From NCBI GenBank assembly GCA_004431415.1, contig QPMI01000558.1, positions 13,922 to 77,921 of the forward strand: a stretch of 64,000 nucleotides of DNA, in the 5' to 3' direction. Below the pieces are notes generated by a model. That model was not told the DNA's origin. It worked only from the letters and a program-made list of their open reading frames with translations, and made no database searches. Every line of letters starts with the position of its first letter. Within the stretch, counting starts at the first letter, position 1. This document shows positions 1 to 11,452 of this stretch, piece by piece. The DNA is from Cyanophora paradoxa CCMP329. Taxonomy: Eukaryota > Plantae > Glaucophyta. The position numbers were made by a program, and so were the translations under genes.

Positions 1-1978
1 CCCCCGCCGGTCCAGCCGCGGCGAGTAGATCGCCAGCCCCATCACTGCGCGCCGGCCGGCGGCGTCGGGTGCAAGAGGGGGCAGGGGTGGCGGGGGATGC
101 GGAGGGGGCGGGGCACCGTTGGGGATGACGACGAAGATGGCGCCCGAGACGCCCGACTTGGCGGGCAGCCCGATCGAGAAGGCCCCTGGCCCGAAGCTCA
201 GCGCCGCCGGGGCGGGGCGGAGAGGCGGGGCGGAGAGGCGGGGGGGGGGGCGCACACTCCCCCGAGAAGTCGTACATGCCGCAGGAGTACATGAGGGCGA
301 GGCAGTTCCGCACCGTCTTCGGGTTCACGCAGCGCCGCCCCGTCGTCGGGCACACCCCTGCACGCCCCGCCCTTCAGCGCCCCGAGGCGCGGGGCGGGCG
401 GGGCGGGGCGGGCGGGCGCGCCGGCGTTGGCGAGGGTGGCGGCCATGGTGGCCATGCTCTCGCAGGTGCCCTCGATGGAGCAGCACTGGAAGTAAAAGTC
501 CAGAACCTCATTCAGGCGCGCCCCCGGCGGGAAGACCCCGTGCGACCTGCCCGCCCCGCCCCCGCCCCCGCCTCGCCCCGGCCCGCAGAGCCGGCGGGCG
601 CCTGGGCGGGCGGGGGCGGGGGCGGACCGCATGTAGTAGGCGAGGGCGAAGTTCTTGTCAGCGGTGTCCTTCTCGGAGAGGAAGACGGCCTGGTTGAAGC
701 CGATGCGGGCCCCGCCGGCCATCGCCTTCAGGTTCTCCACCAGCGTCGCGAACCGCACCGCCGCGCTCGCCTCCGGCTGCAGCAGCGAGCACACCGTGAT
801 CGCCCCGCTGTTGATCATCGGGTTCTGCCCGCGGCGCGCGCGCGCGGCGTGAGGGCGCGGCGCCCTGGGCGGCCGGCTCGGGCGCGGCGGGGCGGACGTG
901 GGGCTTGTTGGCGAAGTTGAGGGTGAACGCGTTGAAGGCCCTGCGGGGGGGCTCGCAAAGGCGGCGCGAAGCGGGGGGGGAGGGGCCCGGGCCGGGGAGG
1001 AGGGGCGGGGGCGGGGCGCACACGCCGGAGGGCTCGTAGCCGACGTGCTCGTGGACGAGGTCGATGCCCCGCTCCTCGCACGCGAAGCAGTACGTCACTG
1101 CCCCGAGCCGCGATCGGCCCTCCGAGGCTCCACGGCGCGGGGCGAGCGGGCGGGGGCGGGCGCCGGGGGATGGCGCACGGGGCTTGATGCAGGACTGCAT
1201 GCAGAAGTCGACCTGGGCGTCGCCGTAGGAGAAGCGCTGGCCGTCGACGGTGCAGATGGCGATGCCGTAGAGCTCGGGGTCGACGAGCTCGAGGAAGGGG
1301 ATGTAGTTGGCGTTGGCGCCCTCGCGGTGCTCCCGGCACTCCTCGAAGATCTGGACGAGCTCCTCGCAGAACTCAGCGAAATTCGGGATGGCGAGCCGCC
1401 CCGCCAGCGCCCGCTGCAGGATGTTCTCCGTCTCGTCCGCCATGATCGCGTAGAAGCCGCTGCGCCCCGACCCCACCTCGCGCCCGCGCCCCGGCGCCCG
1501 CGCCCCGGCGCCGCTCACTCGAAGTCGATGGTGCCCGTGTTCTTCGGGTCCGCTTTCTTCAGCAGCCTGCGGAGGCGTGGTTACAGAGCGGCTGTGGCTG
1601 AGACGGGCGCGCGCCGAGCACGCACGCCGCGACAGGGGCCGCTGACGCATCCAGGCCCAGGATCTGAAGCGCGCTCTTGAGCGCGCTGATCGGCATCACG
1701 GGCTCGTCCTTCGAAAGCAGGTTGAACGCCGTCCGAATCTAAGCAGCATGATCAGGCGCTCGCACGCGCGCAGCCTCGCTCGCCGAGTCGAGCGGAACAA
1801 GCCGCGATCCGGCCGCGCTCCATCCCGCGCGCGGCGGAGCAGGCGGCGCTGGTGCAGTCCGGCCAGAATCATATAATCTAGCAATGTGCGGGGTGCGGCG
1901 CGGCCGCACCTCCGTAGCCCGCGCGGCGAGCGATTCGCCGAGGTTCTCATTATGCGAACGGCTGAACATGCGCGACAT
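1..1978 (-). CDS. GLS: Glutaminase (animal kidney-type-like, with N-terminal EF-hand-like region); multi-exon, 3' end runs off window
   Basis: Spliced translation gives ANYIPFL, GIAICTVDGQRFSYGD, catalytic FCMQSCIKP (SxxK), [59 protein letters not shown]. Putative ATG at 1978 (MSRMFSRS). Confidence 0.93.
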
Positions 1979-2320
1979 CGCGGCAACTGCTAGCTGTACC
2001 ACTGGACCACGCTGGCGCGGCCTCCGAGCCCGCAGCCGCCGGCGTCTGAAACGCGTGATCGCGCGCGGGCAGCCGGGATTCGAACCCTCGAAGTCCTGAC
2101 TTCAAATTCGGCCCAACTTCTGCTGTTGGGCCAGAGGGCCAACGAGCCCGCCGGATCGCGTCGCAGGCAGCCCAGCGTCCCCCCCGGATCCAGCTCGCTC
2201 TCACTCGCGCGCAAAGAAAAACGCTGGTGCTCTTAAAACTCCTGTCTACCCTATCGCTAGGCACTGCAGTGCGCGGGCGGCCCTCTGGGCGAGGGCGGCG
2301 CGCGCGCGGGAAAAAAGCGC

Positions 2321-5300
2321 TCAGAGCTCGTCGTGGGCGGGCTTGGCCTCCTTCTGGTCGTCGTCGGCGGGGGCCGCCTCGGCGTCGCCCATGCCGTCGT
2401 CGACCTTCTTCTCCTCCTCCTCCTCCTCCTCGGCCGCCGCCGCCTCGTCCTTGGCGACCTCCTCCTCGTCGACCGCCGCGTCGGGGTCCATGCTCAGGCC
2501 TGCCGGCCGCACGTGGCTCAGCGGGGCGGCGGGGCGGCGGAGGGCGGGGCGGGGCCGGCCGCGGCGGCGCGCACCGCGCTTCATGAGGCGGTAGATGCGG
2601 TCGGCGAAGTTGTTGGGGTCCTCGATGGCGAAGCCCGAGTTGAGGGCGGCCGTGTCATAGAGGACGGTGGCGAGCTCCTTGGCGAGCGGGTCCTCCTTGT
2701 CCGTCTTCGAGAGCTCGTTGAGCTTGCGCACCATCGGGTGGTACGGGTTGATCTCCAGCGTCTTCTTCGAGATCATGTAGCTGCCGCCGCCCCGCCGTCA
2801 GGGGGGCGCCGGGGGGGGGCAGGGGGGCGGGCGGGGGGCCGCACTTGTAGCGGGAGGGGTCGTTGAGGGCCTGGGCCTTCATGATGCGCTCCATGTTGGC
2901 GGACCAGCCGTACTGGCCGGTGACGAGGATGGCCGGGCTCTTCGCCAGGCGCTTCGAGAGGGCGACCTTCTCCACGCGGGAGCCGAGGAGCTCCTTGACC
3001 CAGTCGGAGAAGCCCTTGAACTCCTCCTTCATCTTCTTCTCGCGGGCCTTCTCCTTCTCGTCCTCGCCGGCGATCTTGAGGCCCTCCTTGGTGGCCGACA
3101 CGAGCTTGTACTTGGTCTCCTTGTCCATCTCGTACTCGGGCATGTGCTGCACGGCGTACTCGTCGATCGGATCCACCAGGTAGAGCACCTCGAGGTCCTT
3201 CTTCACGAGCCGCTCCAGGAAGGGCGCGTGCTTCACCGCGTCCAGCGACTCCCCCGCGATGTAGTAGATCACGTCCTGCTCCAGGTCAGGGGCAGGCGGC
3301 GGGGGGTGGGGGGCGGGCGGGGCGGGGCGGGGAGGGGCGGACCTGCTTGGGCTTCATGCGGCCGATGTACTCGTTGAAGGAGATCATGGTGCCGTTCGAC
3401 TTGGACGAGTAGAAGCTGCGCGGGCGGGCGCGCCGTCGTCAGCGGCGGCGCGGGGTCGGGCCCGCTGGGGCAGGCGAGGGGGCGTGTTTGCGGACCGGAG
3501 CATCTTGGCGAGGCGGTTGCGGTTGGCCTGGTCCTCGACCACGCCGAGCTTGAGGTTCTTGCCGAACGCCTCGTAGAGCTTCTTGTACTGCTCCTGCGGG
3601 TCCTTGTCGTCCTTCTCCTCCTCCTCCTCCTCCTCCTTCTTGGTCTCCTCCTCGGTCTTCGCCGGCTCCTCCGCCTTCTCGTCGTCCTTCTCGAGCTCCT
3701 TCTTGCGGGCCTTCTCCGCCTTGTCCGACATCTGCTTGATGAGCTCCAGGACCTTGCGCACGAGCTTCTTCTTGATGACCTGCAAGCGCCGCCTCGGCAA
3801 CGGCGCACGACTTCGGAGCGAGGAGAGCGGAGGTGCGGACCTTAAGCATCTTGTGCTGCTGGAGCATCTCACGGGAGACGTTGAGCGGCAGGTCGTCCGA
3901 GTCGACGATGCCCGTGATGAACTTGAGGTACTTCGGCATCAGGTCCTGCGCACGGCGCGAGGCTCAGCTTCCGGCCGCCCAGAAGCGGCGGGGGCGGGGC
4001 GGGGCGGGGCGGACGTCGAACTCGTCGGTGATGAAGACGCGGCGGACGAAGAGCTTGAGGGCGGTGCTCTTCTCGTTGTAGTTGTCGAAGAGGTCCGCGG
4101 GGGCGCGCCCGGGGAGGAAGAGGAGGGCCTTGAACTCGACCTCGCCCTCCGCCTTGAAGTGGATGTGGCCGAGGGGCTCGTCGAAGTTCTTCGAGACCGT
4201 CTTGTAGAAGTTGGTGTACTCCTCCTCCGTGATGTCCTTCGGGTCGCGCGTCCAGATCGCCTTGACGTCGTTCAGCTGCGTCCACTCCCACTTGGTCTCC
4301 TTGACCTTCTTCGTCTTCGGCTTCTTCTCCTCGTCGACGTCGCTCACCTCCGCCTCCTCCTCGTCCTGCCCCCGCCGCGTCAGACGGGCCGGCCGCGGAA
4401 CCCGGGCGCCGGCGCCTCCGCACCTTCTTCTCCTCGTCGCCCTCCTTCTTCTCCTCATCGCCCTCCTTCTTCTCGGTGTCGGCCTCCTCCTTCTTCTCCT
4501 CGGCCTCCTTCTCGGCCTCCTCATCGGGGACCTCGACCTCGACCTCCTTGCTCGTGTGCAGGTAGATCGGGAAATTGATGAACTCGCTGTAGCGCTTCAC
4601 CAGCTCCTTCAGCTTGTCCTGCGCGTCCCCGCGCGTCAGAGCGAGCGAGAGCGCTGAAAGGGGCGCTGGGGCGGGCCTCCTGGATGTACTCGTTGGCGTC
4701 CTCCTTGAGGTGGAGCATGATCTTGGTGCCGCGGCCGAGGGTCGGGCCCTCCGGGTCCTCAGTGATCGTGTACGACGAGTCGGCCCGCGACTCCCAGATG
4801 TACCTGCCCGCATCCCCGCCGTCAGCACGCGTTCGAGCCCGGGCGAACGCTCCCCTCCGGCGGCCTCGGCCGGGCGGGCGCACTGGTTGTCGTCGTTGTG
4901 CTTCGAGACGACGGTCACGTAGTCGGCGACGAGGTAGACCGAGTAGAAGCCGACACCGAACTGGCCGATCAGGTTGAGGTCGGTCGAGTTGCCGGCCGAC
5001 TCGAGGAACTCTGCGGATGCAGTGAGCGGCGCGTCGCGTACGCGGAGAGGGGCGCAGGGAAGGCGCCGCGCACTCATCGTGCCGGACTTGGCGATGGTAC
5101 CGAGGTTGTTGATAAGGTCCTTCTTCGTCATACCGATACCGCGGTCCTGGATCGAGAGGATCTTCTTGTCCTTGTCGGCAGAGATCTGCACGCGCCGGCG
5201 CGTCAGTCGCCGCGTACGTAACCGGTGTCAGATACGGGCTCGCGCCTTAATTTCCAGCTTGGCGGTCTCTCCCTCGCCGAGCGCGGTGGAGTTCGTGAGA

Positions 5301-5902
5301 GACATGAAGCGGATCTTGTCCAGGGCCTGCCCGCGCGGGGAGTGAGGCACTGCTACGCGCCCAGACGAGGGTGAACACGCGCACGTCAGACGCGTTGGAG
5401 ATGAGCTCGCGCAGGAAGATTTCCTTCTTGCTGTAGAGCGAGTTGATGATGATGTCCATCAACCGGTTAACCTCCGCCTGGAACTCGAACTTCTCGGCCG
5501 TGGCCTTAATGTTCTTCGCGTCCTTCACGCTGAAGCCATCCGAGACAATCTTGTCCTCCTCCCTGCGCGCAATCGTTTCAGGCACGTTCGTACGCAAGCG
5601 AAACGCACGCGCTGCGCTTCCCGCGCACCGCTGCACGGTGGTCGCGTCGGTCTGAAGGCCCACGCGCTCCGGGTTGATTGCGTTTTCAACCTTGGCCGCA
5701 GTGTCGGCCCGCACCGTCGTAAAGACTGTTCGATTCCGTAAGCATCGCAACGAGCGGCCACGCGCGCCGGGCCTAGCCGCTGGACTTTCTATCCGCGTCG
5801 AACATTCCGGCGCGTTCCAGCCGAATTGGCGGGAGCGCTGTGGGGTGCTTGCTCACCGGCAGCGAGCACGACGACGGCAAAGATGAACGTCGCCGGCCTC
5901 AT
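2321..5902 (-). CDS. HSP90B1: Endoplasmin / GRP94 (ER Hsp90), 15 exons
   Basis: Signal peptide [15 protein letters not shown]; [95 protein letters not shown]; ends HDEL-stop at 2321. Fourteen introns (12 GT-AG, 2 GC-AG) restore a continuous frame. Confidence 0.97.
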
Positions 5903-5932
5903 CGAGCGGCCCTCCAAAACCCGCGAACCTTC
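5800..5932. promoter_or_regulatory. Possible heat-shock-element half-pairs (GAAnnTTC) at 5800-5807 (intron 1) and 5925-5932 (just upstream of ATG) of GRP94
   Basis: GAACATTC and GAACCTTC match the nGAAnnTTCn consensus next to a chaperone gene. Each has only two pentamers, so chance is possible. Confidence 0.25.
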
Positions 5933-6030
5933 CTGGGTTGGTCTGGGGGTATGCTAACTGGCGTGGTGACGAAAGCAGGGCTTTTCTCCTCTAACTCAAG
6001 GCGGCCGTACCCCACCCACCCTCCGTGCAT

Positions 6031-6940
6031 GTCATTTCTAGATCTTGTCTCGAGTAGGGCTGGGCACAGTTCGACTTTTCCCCCACCGGGTCGGTGGCCC
6101 CGCTGACTGTTACCCACCGGTGGCGGTCGGTGGAGGTGGGGGTACGTGCTACAGTGCGTGAAAATTGACAGGATCGATATCCCGGAAATACGCTAAATTC
6201 TGCACAGCTTCAAGGCGCTACGCGCCTACTCTGTTCCCAATTGTTCGACGTCTTCCTTTAGTTCGATGGTCATGTCGACGGTTTGTTAACGTTGTCTCGC
6301 GAGGTCTTTTGTGGCGATGCCTTCGACGTCGACGCGTACGCGCGCGGCGCGGCGCGCGCGCGCTGGTGGCCCGCGGCCGGCGCCGCGCCGCGCGCGTCCC
6401 TTATATCAAGAACTTGTCATTTCTCAACTGTCTTGTCATTTCTAGATCTTGTCTCGAGGTCTTTTGTGGCGATGCCGACGCGTCGTACGATCCCACGTGC
6501 ACACGGGGCCGGACAGCTGCAGGCGCAGGCGGCGGCGCGCCCGGAGACTCTGCAGCGCGATGCGTGGTGCGCGCGCGGAGCTCGAGAATGATGATGCGTG
6601 CGATCGGGGCGCGCGCGAACGCCGCGCGCGGGCCGGCTGCGGCTCCGCGGCCGGCGCCGGCGCCGGCGCCGGCGCCGTCGCCGCGTGCACGCGATATCGA
6701 TGCCTCCGATCCCACACGGGACAGGCGGCGCGCCTTCGCCCCGGGCCCGGCCGCGCGCGGGAGCATGCGCACTGGCACGACCCGGAGACCCTGCATGCAG
6801 CGCGATGCGTGGCCATGGTGCGCGCGCGCAGCGCGGAGAATGATGATGCGTGCGATCGTGGCGCGCACGCCCCGTTCAGCTGCAGTGCGCACGCCGGCGC
6901 CGCGCGCGCGGGCCGGCTCCGGCGCCGTCGCCGCGTGCAC
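6031..6940. repeat. Non-coding nested direct-repeat region (probable transposon relics)
   Basis: gtcatttctagatcttgtctcgag at 6031-6054 and 6435-6458; gtcttttgtggcgatgcc at 6304-6321 and 6459-6476; imperfect ~220-240 bp tandem duplication (~6490-6700 vs ~6705-6940) sharing cccggagac..tgcagcgcgatgcgtgg..gagaatgatgatgcgtgcgatcg..ccggcgccgtcgccgcgtgcacg. Confidence 0.75.
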
Positions 6941-7470
6941 GAGCCCGAGCGCGTACGCAAAGTGCAACATTAATTATAAACTGTACTAAATTGTGCGTGG
7001 ACATATGTGCTGTGATCGCCGAGTCGTACGCGTGCGTGCGCTTGCAATTGCCCGAGGCTGGCGCTGCACTGTCCGGCGCGCACGCGGCGCCGTGGTACTG
7101 CTAGCGCCGCTGTAACGGCACCCGCTCTCTGTTTGTACATGTGCAGATGTGCGCTCGAGCGCAACTGTGCTGACCGATCGCGATACGCGCTAGGGCTGTT
7201 TAGTTAACGCGGCGGGCGGCCGGGCATGGCGAGGCCGCACCGGTCGCGCAATCCTTCACCGCAGCCGAGCGAGCGCCGAGCGCATGCACGGCTGCTTTCG
7301 AATCTCAGCAGAGTCGTAGGTCGGACCTGGTCGACCGCTTGGCTGACATCTCGCATACCCCCCCTGGAAAGCAGGAAACAAGAGCTCGCCAAGGCCCGCC
7401 TCGTCGCGGTGCTTAGTTCGTGGCAGCTTCTTGCGTTCGTTGTCTGTTGTCAGTTTCTCGGCTCGCCATT

Positions 7471-10352
7471 ATGACGGCCTGTGAAGCGACGCGGATTGCC
7501 GATGAGGTCGACGAGCAGCAGTCCCTCGAGGCGGAGGAGGTTTCGTCCAGCTCTAGGACCGAATGCTCTGTCGCAAGTGAAGCCGGCGACAGCAGCGACT
7601 TAGTTAGCAGCCCGTCCAGTGGCGACATATCGGCCAACCTAAAGGCCGAGGCGTCGTCCGGCCACCACTCCGACGAAGAGGAAGAGGGATATGATGAGGA
7701 CGGAAACCGTGCGCGCCGCGCCCTTCGGCCGCGCCCTTGCCCTTGTTTCGCGCCATTCGCCAACCAGTTCCCGCTCGGCGTGGCGTCTTCCTGCGCGCAG
7801 GGTTCCCCGTGCCCCACACCAAGAGCATGTTTGCTCTTATTCTGAATCCGCGCAACTGGACCCTGCCCGAAATCTGCACCGTGAGCCTCATGGCCATTCA
7901 GGCGTACCTGGTCTTCTTCTGCAAGCTGCCCCTCTGGGTGCGGCCTCTCTGCCGCCCAATGCGATGTCTTTCGTCAAATGACTCGTCGAATGACTCGTCG
8001 GTGCTCCGCGCACAGTTCCACATCGCTAACTTCTTCTTCTGGCGGATTGCATACAACATCGGCCTTGGCTGGCTGCTTGACCAGCAGTCCAAGAATCGGC
8101 TTATCACTAAGAAGGTGGATGAGCTGCTTGCGGAGGACAACCGGCCGCAGGACGAGAAACTCAAGAGCATGTTCGCACGCATCACGCTTTACCTCGTCAT
8201 GGGCCGTAGCTATTGGCGCCAGGTGCGCCTTCGCGCTCGGTTGTTATCGCTCTTCGGTCTAGATGCACTCTCCCCCCGCGCACCGTACCGTGCACTGACC
8301 GCAGACTGCGCAGCGCAACCCGTCGAGCGTTACCGCGTGGCTCGCGTTCCGCCACCTCGTGAGCATCATCCTCACGAACGACGGCTGGACGTACACCCTG
8401 CTGCTCTACCGCTGCCTCGAGCTTCCGAAGTCTTTCGGTTTCAGTGAGGTGCGCTTTAGCATCCCCGCGCGAGGAAAGCCCGAGCCAAAGGGCCTCCGCA
8501 GTTCTGCTGCTACGCGCTCGGTCTCGGCCTCTGCGCCTTCAACTACTGGGCCAAGATGGACGCGCACCGCGTCATCGGGGACTACGCGTGGTGCGCCGCC
8601 GCCGCCGCGTCGCCCGCGCCGCCCCGCCTGCGGGCGCCGACGCGTTGGGGCGGCGGGGCAGGTACTGGGGCGACTTCTTCTTCCGCGTCGACCGCCACCT
8701 CGTCTTCGACGGCATCTTCCAGATGTTCCCGCAGTGCGCCCCGCCCACGCCCCGCCCCGCCCCACGCGGCGCCGCCGGCCCGGTTCGAGCGGCGGGGCGC
8801 GCGCAGCCCGATGTACACGGTCGGGTACAGCGTGTACTACGGCTTCAGCCTGATCGCGCGCTCGTACACGCTGCTCTTCGTGTCCGTGGGGGCGCACATG
8901 CTGCAGCTCATCTTCCTCACGGTCGTCGAGGAGCCGCACATCCAGAAGACCTACGGCGGGCCCGAGCCCGTCGACGGCGAGCACGTCGAGCTCTTCAAGG
9001 CCGGCTTCATCAAGTCCGCCCCGCCCGCCCGCCCCTCGCCGGCCGGTCCCGCCCTCGCTGAGCGAGCGGGCGCGCGCAGGCCGAAGCGGGAGCCGTTGAT
9101 GTTCAAGAACCTGGACCTGTTCCGCGCCTCGGACGTCTCGCTCGTCGTCATCGTCGTGCAGGCGCTGCTGCTCTCGCTCCTCGACTTCCACCCCTACTTC
9201 TACGTCGCGTGCGCGCCCCCGCCCGCACCCGCCGGCCCCGCGCCTCGCCTGAGGCCGCCGAGCAGCCAGGCGTTCCTGTGGCGGCTGGCGCACTGCGTGG
9301 GCATGTCGGTGATCCTCTCCAAGGAGGGGAAGAGCCACTGGTGGAGCCGGCACTTCGTCGCGCGCGGCTACACCAAGCAGGAGGCGTTCGACAACTGGAA
9401 GCGCCTCTACAACATCTCGGTGACGGTCAACCACGTCGTCTTCGCCATCGCGGCGTGGAAGATGGCGAGCGCGCCGGAGGTCTGGACGGCGCGGGCGCTG
9501 GCGCGGCAGCTGGCGGGGGCGGTGCTCATCGCGCTGAACCTGTGGGCGTCGCGGGCCTCGTACGAGGTGCTGGGCGACTTCGGCTGGTTCTACGGGGACT
9601 TCTTCGTGGAGGACGCGGAGTACCAGGCGAGCCTGCGCTACACCGGCATCTACCGCTACTTCAACCACCCCGACCTCCTCATGGGCTTCGTCGCCCTCTA
9701 CGGCCTCGCCCTCATCGCCCGCTCCCCCGCCGTCTTCGCCCTCGCCGCCTTCGCCCAGCTCGCCCAGTTCGCCTTCATCAAGGCCGTCGAGCTGTCCGCC
9801 CTCTCCCCCGCCCGCCCTCGCCCCGCCCCCTCTGACGGGCGCGCGCGCAGGCCGCACATGCGGCGCCGGTACTCGGAGGTGCGCGCGAACGGCGGCCTCT
9901 CGCGGGAGCTCAAGGCGAAGCTCAGCAAGGCCCTGGACCGGCCCCCGGTCAAGGAGCTGCGCGTCAAGGTCCAGCGGAGCGTCCAGAGCGAGTTCGAGAG
10001 CGTGGCGGGGGAGATCGAGCAGCTGCGCACGCGCCTGCGCACCAAGGTCCGGGCGGTCAAGCAGCGCGGGGAGCGCACGGCGGAGCGCGTGGCGGAGCTG
10101 CGGGCGGCGCTCTCGCGGGCGGACACGGTGTTCAAGCGGGTGCGGTCGGAGAGCCCGCTGCCCAAGGAGGCGGAGGAGCTGCTGTCGGACGCGTCCCGGA
10201 TCATCCGGGCGCAGATCGACCGCGTCGAGCGCGCCTCGCGGCGGCTCGTGAGCCACGTGCACACGAGCGTGGAGAAGCGCATCTTCGAGGAGCGCGCCCT
10301 CGCCGCCTCCTCGGCGCCCTCCTCCCCGGCCAAGGCCGTCAAGGCCGAATGA
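7471..10352 (+). CDS. CHO2: Phosphatidylethanolamine N-methyltransferase, Cho2/PEM1 type (two PEMT domains)
   Basis: Spliced: [76 protein letters not shown], second domain LGDFGWFYGDFF..YTGIYRYFNHP..VELPHMRRRY, then a coiled-coil tail; TGA at 10350-10352. Confidence 0.92.
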
Positions 10353-10559
10353 CCGGCGCCCCGCCGCCCGCTGTACAGTCCCCGTTCCCGCTTCGCATTT
10401 CCGTTTCTTTAAGCGTGGTTTTTTTTCTTTTCTGTGTTTGGTAGCCAGAAGTAAGTATGCATGCAGTGGATGCGTGCGCGGCCCCCGAGGCCGCGTCTCA
10501 TTTACGCGTTCTCACAGAACGTATGTGTTTGGCGTATGTCCGCCAAAGAAGAGAGTCAT

Positions 10560-11080
10560 CAGTAACAATACATCATCACGCGTCGTGCTGAGGGCTGAGG
10601 GACAGCTTCTAGGGCCTGTCACAGTGTGGGGCCAGCCGCTGAGCTTCTAGGGCCTGTGGGGTCCGCCAGGCTGGGCCGACGGTCACTGTGGCAATGCGGC
10701 AGGGGCGCCTGAGCTCGAGTCCTAGCTGACTGTCCGACGGTCTCAGTGTAACCGGACCGGATCCCGGACTCCGAGGCCTGAGGCTCCGGGACCGTTGACA
10801 TGAACACTCAGGCACTGCGGCACTCCGGATCCCCTGGTCGCCAGGCTGCTCATTGCTGGTCCTCATGGCCGCCGCCGGCCATCATCATGCCATGATCATC
10901 GGATGGCATAATGGCATCTGACTTGAAAGGCTCTTGAAGGTTCTAAGTTCTGAACTCCGAGGCTCGGAAGCTCATGATCATGACTCAAGGATGATCAAGG
11001 ATTATGCTGCCCTCCCCTCGGGCCCCGTGCGGCTAAGCCTCGGAGCCGTGCAGTTCTCACTGTATACATGCTTGTGTGTG
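10560..11080. repeat. CpG-decayed intergenic island (probable old methylated repeat)
   Basis: Abrupt GC drop; rich in TGATCA, CATG, TTGAA; almost no GCGC/CGCG; local direct repeat agcttctagggcctgt at ~10604 and ~10642. Confidence 0.55.
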
Positions 11081-11452
11081 TGCACGTGACAGATCTCAGA
11101 GTCTAGTTCCTCAAGCCGAAAACCCGAGCCACCCTCCGAGGCTCGATAGAGGAACTGCGAAAATGAAATCGAGGGCACAAGGTGGCGTTGAATCGTACAC
11201 TAACTGGTTCAATTCAATCAAACTCAATCTCTCCTGCATGCCGCTGCAGCTGACCCTAGCCTGGCAGATCTACACTAAAATAATAGACAGCGAGTGTGCG
11301 CACGACGCTCGGGGGCATTTGAAGGGGGATGCGTTGAAAAAAGAAGCGCGGGCGGGGGCGGGGTGGGGCGCGGGAGGGGAGGGGGCGAGCTCAGGGCCGG
11401 GGACGGGCGGGGCGAAGGAAGGAATTCGAAGGAAAGGGGGGGAGGAGCGGGA

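Noticed and set aside
2095-2112. CTTCAAA loop suggesting tRNA-Sec on the plus strand
   Set aside because: The anticodon stem does not pair and the T-loop motif is on the opposite strand; no in-frame TGA selenoprotein was identified.
6586-6850. Repeated ATGATGATG as C/D snoRNA C boxes
   Set aside because: No suitably placed CTGA D box or terminal stem; explained by the tandem duplication.
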